A stretch of DNA of 63,773 bases, the filler included, from Caldilineae bacterium (GTDB taxonomy: Bacteria > Chloroflexota > Anaerolineae > DTLA01): assembly GCA_037446815.1 (NCBI GenBank). It is 3 parts of 3 records of this genome, joined end to end, with 100 filler letters (N's around TTAATTAATTAA, not from the genome) between each part and the next. Parts side by side here need not be neighbours in the genome. Positions count along the whole stretch, not along the records: positions 45,330 to 63,773 come from JBBIHX010000049.1; 2 more parts are not named here. One strand, given 5' to 3'. Of this stretch, positions 56,136 through 63,773 are shown one piece after another. The position numbers were made by a program, and so were the translations under genes. The notes below the pieces were generated by a model. It saw only the letters and a program-made list of their open reading frames with translations, was not told where the DNA came from and searched no databases. Positions within the stretch are counted from its first letter, which is position 1. The number at the start of each line of letters is the position of its first letter.

Positions 56136-57053
56136 CTACTCAGTGCCATGATAGACGCGCCCCAGGCTGGCAGGCGCGGAATGCCTGCGCGTGCCCCCCC
56201 AGATTATCAGCACGATGATGGTTACAAGATACGGGATGATGTCCAGCAGGAAGGGCGAAACCCGCACGCCGCTGGATTGCAGCAGGAGTTGGAAGGCGAC
56301 CGCGCCGCTGAACAGCAATGCGCCAGCGATGGCCCGCAGCGGGTGCCACTTGGAGAAGATCACGAGGGCCACAGCAATGAAGCCGCGGCCAGCGGTCATG
56401 TATTCGGCCCAGGTCATGGTGTAGGCGATGGACAAGTGGGCGGCGCCGATGCCGGCCAGAAGCCCGCCCACGAAGAGGGCTTGATAGCGAATCGCGCGCG
56501 GGTTGCGACCCGAGGCGAAGGCCGTATCCGCATTCTCGCCCACCGCGCGAAGCCCGAGTCCCCAGCGTGTGCGGAACAACAGCCACCAGACCAAGACGGC
56601 GGTGGGGAGGACTAGGTAGATCAAGGGGTCAAAACTGAACAGCGACGTATACAGTTTCGGGAGGTGGGCAAGTCCAGGCAGGGGAATTCGGGGTAGGCTG
56701 ACGATTTTCATGCCCACATACGGCTTGCCGATGAGGGCGCTCAGGCCAAAGCCAAAGAACATGAGCGCCAGTCCGCTGGCCAACTGGTTCGCCTGACGAT
56801 GAATCACCAGGTACCCCAGGATCATGTTCAGCAACCCGCTGACAAGCGCTGCCACAAGCACGCCGAGGTAGGGGTTGCCCAGCAAAACCGTTACCGCAAA
56901 GCCGCTGGAAGCGCTGACCAGCAGCACGCCTTCCAGGCCAAGGTTCACGATGCCCGACCGCTCGGTAGTAACTTCGCCGAGAGTTACGTAGAGAAGCGAT
57001 GTACCCGAGAAGATGGCGCTGGAGAGAACCCCAAGGATGGACAACAGGCTCAT
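56136..57053 (-). CDS. Nucleoside ABC permease
   Basis: ERSGIVNLGLEG, LRAVGEN, TAGRGFIAVALV, PYLVTI. Confidence 0.88.
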   Translation of the reverse strand: MSLLSILGVLSSAIFSGTSLLYVTLGEVTTERSGIVNLGLEGVLLVSASSGFAVTVLLGNPYLGVLVAALVSGLLNMILGYLVIHRQANQLASGLALMFFGFGLSALIGKPYVGMKIVSLPRIPLPGLAHLPKLYTSLFSFDPLIYLVLPTAVLVWWLLFRTRWGLGLRAVGENADTAFASGRNPRAIRYQALFVGGLLAGIGAAHLSIAYTMTWAEYMTAGRGFIAVALVIFSKWHPLRAIAGALLFSGAVAFQLLLQSSGVRVSPFLLDIIPYLVTIIVLIIWGGTRRHSAPASLGRVYHGTE

Positions 57054-58105
57054 GCTTGCCTCCCTTTGAAGAAGGTGGGGCGGGCAAGGACGACGAACAA
57101 CGCGAAGGCTAGCAGGATGTGGATCACGGCATAGGGCACGTCGCGCGTCAACTGCAGTTGATTGCCTCCGGTGGTGATGATGGCAACCACGAAAGACAGC
57201 AGGAGGATGCCGCCCGGACTGCCACCTGCGAGCCAGCAGATGAGAAAGCCCATGAAACCGAGGCCCATGGAGAAATTCAGCAGAAGCACACCGTAGAAGC
57301 CGGATACTTGCGCCATCCCGGCCAACCCCGCGATGGCGCCGCCGACGCACATCAGCGTGATCCAGTAGGCCTTGACAGGGATTCCGTTGCGCTTCGCGGC
57401 CTGGGGGTTTCCCCAAATGGCGTACATCTCCAGCCCCCAGCGGGTCTTCTTCATGAGGAACCAGAACAGCGCCAGCAGAACCAGACCGAAAACGAAACCC
57501 AAATGGATGCGCGTGCCGAAGAAGGTCGGGAGGCGCGCCGCTTGGACAAAGTTGGCGGTCTTGACGGTATCCATGGGCGAGTGCCAGAAGCCGAAAATCA
57601 GAAAGCCGACGATCTTGGGAGCCACGGAGTTCAACAACAAGGTCGTGATGGTCTCATTAACGAGGCCAACGGCCTTGAGGTACCCGGGGATGAAGGCCCA
57701 CAGGGCGCCGCCGAGCGCGCCCAAGAGCATCATCAACGGCAGCAACGCCCACGCCGGCCATGTTGTGAACGTCAGCGCGCCCCAGGTTGCGAATGCCGCG
57801 CCGATGTACAGTTGCCCTTCGCCTCCCACGTTGATGAGCCCTGCCCTGGAGGGCAAGGCGACTGCGAGGGCAGTGATGAGCATGGGGATCATCGCCACGA
57901 TGACCTCAGAGAAGCCGTATCCGCTTCCCAGGGTGAAGGAGAAGATGTCCCCGTAGGATTTCACGGGGTCTTCGCCCGTAATCAGCAAAACGAGCCCGAA
58001 CAACAGCAGGGCCAGCGCGATCGTCAACAGATAGCGCCCCAGAGTATTCGCTATCTTCTGAATGAGCAATCTGGAGCGGGTGCGAGAATCAGGCTTTTGC
58101 GGCAT
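57050..58105 (-). CDS. Nucleoside ABC permease
   Basis: GLINVGGEGQ, NETITTLLLN, GNPQAA. Confidence 0.88.
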   Translation of the reverse strand: MPQKPDSRTRSRLLIQKIANTLGRYLLTIALALLLFGLVLLITGEDPVKSYGDIFSFTLGSGYGFSEVIVAMIPMLITALAVALPSRAGLINVGGEGQLYIGAAFATWGALTFTTWPAWALLPLMMLLGALGGALWAFIPGYLKAVGLVNETITTLLLNSVAPKIVGFLIFGFWHSPMDTVKTANFVQAARLPTFFGTRIHLGFVFGLVLLALFWFLMKKTRWGLEMYAIWGNPQAAKRNGIPVKAYWITLMCVGGAIAGLAGMAQVSGFYGVLLLNFSMGLGFMGFLICWLAGGSPGGILLLSFVVAIITTGGNQLQLTRDVPYAVIHILLAFALFVVLARPTFFKGRQA

Positions 58106-59648
58106 GTTGAACCTCAGAACCCGTCATGAGATGGCCAACGGTGTATGGGTCCGTTTCATTCGGCCTGAACGAGCCGACGATTCTCCCGCCATACAGGACG
58201 ATCAGGCGGTCGCTGAGCGTGAACAGTTCCTCAAGGTCTTCCGAAATGAGCAGTATGCCCGCGCCCTCTTCGCGCGCCTGTAGCAAAGCCTGGCGGGCGG
58301 CAATGGCAGTTCGCACATCCAAGCCGCGCGTGAGATACGAAGCGATGATCAGGCGCGGGCCGTGCGTCATTTCGCGCACGACGACCAGGCGCTGCAAGTT
58401 CCCGCCCGAAAGCGCCCTGACCGGCGTGTACAGAGGCAGCGACACCCCCAGTTTGCTCGCGGTCTCTTCAAAGTCGGCCTTGACAGAACGCCAATCTATC
58501 GCTAATCCGCCCAGGCGGGCGTAGCGCCACATTTTCGTCACCGCCATGTTTTGCAGCCCCGTCATGTAGGGCGTTACCGCCATCGTCAGGGGATTCTCCG
58601 GAATGAAAGCGACCCCGCTCCTGCGCACCTTGCCCACGGAGTAGTCCGTGGCGTCCTTTCCAAAGAGAATCTTTCTTCCTTTGGCGCACCGGATCATCCC
58701 CAGGATGACATCTCCCAATTCGCGTTGCCCGTTGCCGGAGACCCCGGCGACGCCGACGATCTCGCCAGGGTAGATGGCTAGGTCAATTGCCTTTAGGCTG
58801 GTCTCGGCCCCTACTCCCCTCGTCTCAACTCCGCGCAGTTCCAAGAGTGGCTGCGCGGCCTCGGACCGATCCCGTTGGCGGGTTACGCGCAACCCGGCCA
58901 GCCTCTTCCCAAACATCATGGATACCAGTTTTTCTTCCGTGGCCTCGGCGCGCAGCAATGTTCCCGCAAGGCGTCCGCCACGCAGAACGGTGATGCGATC
59001 GGCGTATTCCAGCACCTCGCTCATCTTGTGGGTGATGAGGACGATGGCATAGCCCTCTTTGCGCAGGCTGTCCAGAATGCGGAACAGCGCCTCCACCTCG
59101 TGAGGGGCCAGCACGCGGGTTGGCTCGTCCAGGATGAGCAGGCGCGCATCGGCAAGGAGCAGTTTCAGTATCTCCACCTTCTGCTGCTCGCCGATGGAGA
59201 GTTGGGATACCATCGCGTTCGGGTTCACCCCCAGGTGGTACCGCTCGGAGTAATCTCGGATGCGGCGATGCACCTCCTGAGTGTTTACAATGGCCTTCAG
59301 GTCGGGGAGGAATAGAGCGATGTTCTCCGCCACGGTGAAGGCCGGGATGAGGGTGAAGTCCTGGAACACCATGCCGATGCGGGCTGCTCGCGCATCGTGG
59401 GGCGACTGGATGGAGATGGGCTTTCCGTCGTGCAGAATCTGGCCTGCGTCGGCGCGGTAGAAGCCGTAGAGGATCTTCATCAGCGTGCTTTTGCCTGCGC
59501 CGTTCTCCCCGAGCAGGGCGTGAACCTCGTGCCCGTAGATATCCAGGTCTATGTGGTCATTCGCCAAAACGCCGGGGAAGGATTTGGTGATTCCTCGCAG
59601 GGAGAATAAGGGGGTCGGTTTCGTTTCTGTCTGGGCCGATTGATTCAT
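58089..59648 (-). CDS. Nucleoside ABC ATP-binding protein (duplicated ATPase)
   Basis: GENGAGKSTL, LILDEPT, GVSGNGQREL, LSGGNLQ, ISEDLEE. Confidence 0.9.
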   Translation of the reverse strand: MNQSAQTETKPTPLFSLRGITKSFPGVLANDHIDLDIYGHEVHALLGENGAGKSTLMKILYGFYRADAGQILHDGKPISIQSPHDARAARIGMVFQDFTLIPAFTVAENIALFLPDLKAIVNTQEVHRRIRDYSERYHLGVNPNAMVSQLSIGEQQKVEILKLLLADARLLILDEPTRVLAPHEVEALFRILDSLRKEGYAIVLITHKMSEVLEYADRITVLRGGRLAGTLLRAEATEEKLVSMMFGKRLAGLRVTRQRDRSEAAQPLLELRGVETRGVGAETSLKAIDLAIYPGEIVGVAGVSGNGQRELGDVILGMIRCAKGRKILFGKDATDYSVGKVRRSGVAFIPENPLTMAVTPYMTGLQNMAVTKMWRYARLGGLAIDWRSVKADFEETASKLGVSLPLYTPVRALSGGNLQRLVVVREMTHGPRLIIASYLTRGLDVRTAIAARQALLQAREEGAGILLISEDLEELFTLSDRLIVLYGGRIVGSFRPNETDPYTVGHLMTGSEVQHAAKA

Positions 59649-59872
59649 CGGTTTCCTCTTGGCATTTGGACATCTTCGTCGTACGGGTAAACCCATCTGC
59701 CGGCGAACATGGGCGCATTCAGGGACGTCGCGGGCATATGCTCTGCCTCTACTTTACTATCTTACGGGAGCAAAGGCGCGTGCACAAGCGTAGAAAATTG
59801 GGGATTTTTGTGCCTGGCGGGCGCGTAGTTTATACGCGATTCACCCCGTAGAAACCACGAGGACGCGCACGG

Positions 59873-59976
59873 GATTCGGTTCCAAAGTCTGTTGGGGTTT
59901 GTCATTGCGAGGGCGCTCGCAAGGACATACGGGGAGGGTGTACATGCGGTTCACCAGCACAAGATGAAGCCGACTC
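59873..59976. mobile_element. MITE copy 8 (internally deleted)
   Basis: Both termini kept; flanks GCGCACGG/GTGCACGG (7/8). Confidence 0.76.
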
Positions 59977-60073
59977 GTGCACGGAAAGGGGCCGGTTCAG
60001 CAGGGCCAAGCCGCGCGGGGGCGAACAGCGGGCGGCCCGCTGCGTTCGGGGCAATGATGGTGAGGAGCACGCC

Positions 60074-60712
60074 TCACTCAATCAATCCATGTTCTCGCGC
60101 GTAGCGCACGAGTTCCACGCGGCTGTGCAGTCCCAGTTTTGCCAGGATATTGGCGCGGTGTCCCTCAACCGTGCGCACGCTGATATTCAGCGCTTCGCCA
60201 ATCTGCCGGTTGGTGTAACCCTCCACGATGAGCCGCAGGACTTCGGTCTCGCGCGGGGTGAGGGTTTCTGATGTTTCCGGTTGGGCCGGCGCCGGTTTGT
60301 CCGGTTCGCTCAGCAAAGCGCGCACCATGGAGGGGTCCACGTACACATCGCCTCGCATGATGATGTGGATGGCGGAGATCAACTCGGCCTCCGCCGCGCG
60401 CTTGAGAATGTAGCCCGAGGCCCCCGCCTTGATGGCCTCGCGGATCAGGGCCACGTCCGCATGAATAGTAAGAATCAGGATGCGAATATGAGGGGACAGG
60501 GGCTTTATCTTCTTCGTAACCGCGATTCCATCCAGGTCGGGCATGCTCAGGTCCAACACTAGGACATCGGGCCTGGTCTTCTCCACCAAGTCAATGGCTT
60601 CGTACCCGCCGGTAGCCTCGCCCACCAGTTCCATGGACGGCTCGGCTTTCAAGAGCGTGCGCAAGCCCGTGCGCACAATGGCGTGGTCATCGGCGATCAC
60701 GACCCTAATCAT
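60074..60712 (-). CDS. NarL/LuxR-family response regulator
   Basis: IADDH, LDLSMP, LTPRETEVL, ISVRTVEGHR. Confidence 0.93.
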   Translation of the reverse strand: MIRVVIADDHAIVRTGLRTLLKAEPSMELVGEATGGYEAIDLVEKTRPDVLVLDLSMPDLDGIAVTKKIKPLSPHIRILILTIHADVALIREAIKAGASGYILKRAAEAELISAIHIIMRGDVYVDPSMVRALLSEPDKPAPAQPETSETLTPRETEVLRLIVEGYTNRQIGEALNISVRTVEGHRANILAKLGLHSRVELVRYAREHGLIE

Positions 60713-62804
60713 TGCAGGGGACCTCGGCCCTTACTGTGGTGCCTCTTCCAGGGGAACTCTCTATGGTGAACCTTCCCCCCAGCATTTCAACTCGCTCCCG
60801 CATCCCGAAGAGGCCCAGGCCATCCTCCGTAACCGGAGGGGAAGGGGTGAAGCCCACGCCATCGTCTTCAATCATGGCGACAACGTGCTTATCGCGCAGG
60901 CTGATCAGCACATCCACGCGACTGGCGTGGGCGTGCAGCGCCACATTGGTAAGCGATTCCTGAACGATGCGGAACAGAGCCGTCTCTATTTCTATGGGCA
61001 GACGCTTCCCTTCCATGCCGACGGCCTCAAAGTCCGTCTTGATGTGATACTGCTGCCCGAATTCATCCACATACTGGCGTAAGGTGGTTACCAGCCCCAG
61101 GTGATCCAGGCTGGCGGGCCGTAGATTGACGGCCAGGTGATGGAGGTTGTCCTGGACTTCGTTGACAACGCGCTTCAGTTCGGCGATCCGTCGGTTGAGA
61201 ATCTCAGGATCGCCGGCGTCGCGCTCCAGCAGGCCGAGTTGCATCGTCAGACCTGCCAGGAGCTGGCTGGATTCGTCGTGCAGTTCGCGCGAAAGGTGCA
61301 GGCGCTCTTCTTCCTGCGCTTTCATCAGGCGCTGAGAGAGGGCGTGCAGCTGTTTGTTGCTCTTGCGCAATTCCTCAAATAGCCAGGCGTTCTGAACGGC
61401 GACAGCGGCCAGGTTGGCGAACGACTGGATGAGGAGTTTCTGCTCTTCTGTAAAGAAGGCTTCGCTCTTGCTCAACATGTGAAGCGCGCCGATGGGGCGC
61501 CCGCTGAAGATGGAGGGCAACACCGCGTAGGAACGAAATGTCGGATTCGCCTCGCGCGACGAAGGGGGCAGATCGTCCAGCGTTCTCACGAGGATGGATT
61601 GGCCCATCGGCAGCGACAGGTTCTGCGCCCATTGCGCCTTCAGAGCAGGCACCGCTTCGGCAGCGATTCCATAGACCGCAAGCGGGGGCGCGTTCGGATC
61701 GTCGCAGTCGGCTCTTTCAATCCAGGTGGCGTCTACGCCCAAACGGGTAACGGCCGTTTCGCAAATGGTGTGCGCGAGGGCCGTGATGTCAAAGGCATCC
61801 AGGAAAGTCCTGGAGGCATCGTTCAGGGCTGCCAGGTCGTCAACTCGCTGTCGCAGCGTGTTCATCGCCTTGCGCCGCTCAATGGTCGCGGCAGCCAGGA
61901 TGAGAGAGGTGAGAGAGACCACGGCCATGAAGGTTTGAAGGAACACGAGGCTGTCGTTCTTGGATTCAAACGAGAACGGCCCTCTGCCCGCCGCGGTGCT
62001 CCAAATGGTGATTGCCGAAACGAGGAGGGTGGCAGATGTGGCTCCGTGTTGCCCCAGGCGCAGGGCGGCCCATATCATGAATGGGAAGATGACGTAGACC
62101 ATGGCCCGATGGAAGACTCCCACCGGGGGCTGATTGCTGAAGACGTACCAGGTGATGGAGGCCAGCAGCAGCAACAATACGCCGCCCTCTATATATCGGC
62201 CCTTCTGCGCCTCTGGGTAGGGTTGGGTTCGCCAAACCAGCAGCGCCGGCGCGACGACCAGCGCCCCCAATAGGTTCCCAATCCACCACGTTGTCCAGAC
62301 CCCACTAGATGCCTGCCAGCCCACGCGCCCGGTGAGAACGAGGGTGGTCGTACCGACCGTCGCGCTGATGGCCGTGCTGGCGATGGAGACCAGCGACAGT
62401 CCAACGACATCCTGAATCCGGTCAATGGCATTGTGGAAGCCGACGAATCGCTTCAGGCAATAGGCTCCGACCAGCGCCTCCAGTGTATTCCCCAGCGCCA
62501 TGCCCAGCGCCACGGCTGGAGGCGCGCCCTGGGGCAATGAGCCAAACAGCACGCCCAGGGCCACACCGGGCCAGAGATCGTAACCAAAGAGGAGGAGGGT
62601 GGCGAGCGCAATGCCGGTGGGGGGCCAGACCGGAGAGGTGTTGATCTGCACGTAGGCCATCTTCAGCCCCAGCCGCGCGGCGAGGTGGTAGACCAACGCA
62701 AACAGGGCGACCTTGAGGAGATAGACGGCAACGGCCCTGGTACGAGATTGCGGTGCTCTCGGTTCCGCTCTCATCTTCTCATCCGCTCCGGGGGGATCGT
62801 TCAC
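60705..62804 (-). CDS. MASE1-GAF-HisKA_3 sensor histidine kinase
   Basis: SPVWPPTGIA MASE1 domain, GAF, EERLHLSRELHD, RIVQESLTNV, DDGVGF, GLFGMRER; start could be 62774. Confidence 0.9.
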   Translation of the reverse strand: MNDPPGADEKMRAEPRAPQSRTRAVAVYLLKVALFALVYHLAARLGLKMAYVQINTSPVWPPTGIALATLLLFGYDLWPGVALGVLFGSLPQGAPPAVALGMALGNTLEALVGAYCLKRFVGFHNAIDRIQDVVGLSLVSIASTAISATVGTTTLVLTGRVGWQASSGVWTTWWIGNLLGALVVAPALLVWRTQPYPEAQKGRYIEGGVLLLLLASITWYVFSNQPPVGVFHRAMVYVIFPFMIWAALRLGQHGATSATLLVSAITIWSTAAGRGPFSFESKNDSLVFLQTFMAVVSLTSLILAAATIERRKAMNTLRQRVDDLAALNDASRTFLDAFDITALAHTICETAVTRLGVDATWIERADCDDPNAPPLAVYGIAAEAVPALKAQWAQNLSLPMGQSILVRTLDDLPPSSREANPTFRSYAVLPSIFSGRPIGALHMLSKSEAFFTEEQKLLIQSFANLAAVAVQNAWLFEELRKSNKQLHALSQRLMKAQEEERLHLSRELHDESSQLLAGLTMQLGLLERDAGDPEILNRRIAELKRVVNEVQDNLHHLAVNLRPASLDHLGLVTTLRQYVDEFGQQYHIKTDFEAVGMEGKRLPIEIETALFRIVQESLTNVALHAHASRVDVLISLRDKHVVAMIEDDGVGFTPSPPVTEDGLGLFGMRERVEMLGGRFTIESSPGRGTTVRAEVPCND

Positions 62805-62813
62805 CGGAACATA

Positions 62814-63619
62814 TTATACATCGGCTGGTGCGCGTTGGACAAGGTACGGTGCGCGCGCGGGGCGTCCGCGGCTACGGGCGAGATGGCGGCACCGGCATTC
62901 GGTGCCCTCGCGGCAGGGGTTCCGCACTCGCGGGCGGCGATGCGTGCCGGGGTCAGCCCGCGCCGTTCCCATCCGGCCTCTGATGCGCAACGCTCCGCTG
63001 CGGCAGACCGATGCGCACGGGCCACACGAGCGGCAGAAGGCGCGGTCGCGCGCCATGCGCTTGGCATCCATGCGCAGGGCCCCTTGGCGTAGACGGTAAC
63101 ACACCGATAGCACTCGGTGCACGCCCTCGGGTCAAAGGCGAAGTCCAAAGGGCGCGCATCTTCGGCGGGGCGAAGCGATGGCAGGGCGGCGCGCTGGACC
63201 TCCGCAACCGAGGCGATGCCATGGGCATCTAGCCATTCGTTCAGGCGCTTCAGCGTCTTCCCGATCCAGCCGATGCCGGCCAGGAGGGGGGCGGTGTGCG
63301 CCTGAACGGCAGTCGCCCCGGCCATTGTCATCTCCACGATGTCTTCCGCTTTTGAAATGCCTCCCACGCCCAGGATTGACACGTCCCACCGCAGCGCAAT
63401 CTCCGCCACGACGCGGACGGCAATGGGCTTGATGGCCGCGCCCGACAGCCAGGCGAATCCCCACGGGCCTTCCAGGCGGGGCTGCGGAGTCTCTATGTCT
63501 GTGGCGAGGGCGGGGCCGATGGAATCAGTGGCGGTGATGCCATCCGCGCCGGCCCGAAGGCAGTCGTCCACGGTGTCCATGAGATTGGGCCAGTTGGCGC
63601 TGACCTCACATTGGCGCAA
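62814..63619 (-). pseudogene. Truncated, frameshifted dihydropyrimidine/dihydroorotate dehydrogenase (PreA-like)
   Basis: GADGITATDS, WLSGAAIKP, GVGGI, AGATAVQ; N-terminal half missing; C-terminal ferredoxin split by a frameshift near 63080. Confidence 0.75.
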
Positions 63620-63683
63620 CCTGGCCGAAGTGTCGGGATCGCAGCGGCATTGAACTCCCTTGCTTCAGCAGCGTGCGTGGGCC

Positions 63684-63734
63684 TTGACAAACGTTTGCCA
63701 TTGTGGTATAATGGCAATACAAACGTTTGTATTG
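63684..63734 (+). promoter_or_regulatory. Consensus promoter with two LacI-type operators
   Basis: TTGACA-17-TATAAT; CAAACGTTTG overlapping -35; perfect 20-bp palindrome CAATACAAACGTTTGTATTG at 63715-63734. Confidence 0.85.
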
Positions 63735-63751
63735 GCGTCGGAGGCGGGGAG

Positions 63752-63773
63752 ATGGCTGCGTCCATCAAGGATA
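63752..63773 (+). CDS. Start of probable LacI-family regulator (runs off window)
   Basis: MAASIKD(I) matches the LacI xTIKDIA start; LacI-type operators upstream. Confidence 0.6.

Overview
GC-rich bacterial sequence, most likely a Chloroflexota (Anaerolineae-like) metagenome-assembled genome. This is inferred from Pro/Thr-rich linkers on solute-binding proteins, a C-terminal LPLV-type motif, and the gene families present. The window joins three scaffolds with artificial N-TTAATTAATTAA-N linkers (22597-22696, 45230-45329) and has four internal 100-N gaps. Scaffold 1: cobalamin riboswitch with btuFCD, a Liv-type ABC transporter, tRNA-Pro, ppsR, an HgcC-like AbrB gene with arsM, hom, pncAB, secreted proteins and a cation antiporter. 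Scaffold 2: tRNA-Val, two-component genes, pgi/pmi, rsmI, DNA-repair-type genes and nonulosonic-acid genes. Among these sit an orphan terminase large subunit, a head-tail-connector-like gene and a tail/baseplate-hub-like gene. The two phage-like transcription units share an exact 13-bp upstream motif (CCCTTATCAACGC), so they are a candidate dispersed, domesticated gene-transfer-agent-like system. Scaffold 3: a decaying ArsR/ferredoxin module, degV-plsY, a moeA/MFS deletion chimera, vapBC, an FdrA/DUF1116/DUF2877 plus nucleoside ABC catabolic operon with a MASE1/NarL pair, a preA-like pseudogene and the start of a LacI gene. Intergenic DNA holds a MITE family with 8-bp target duplications that carries REP-like hairpins. 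TCGA, AGCT and GTSAC appear strongly avoided throughout.
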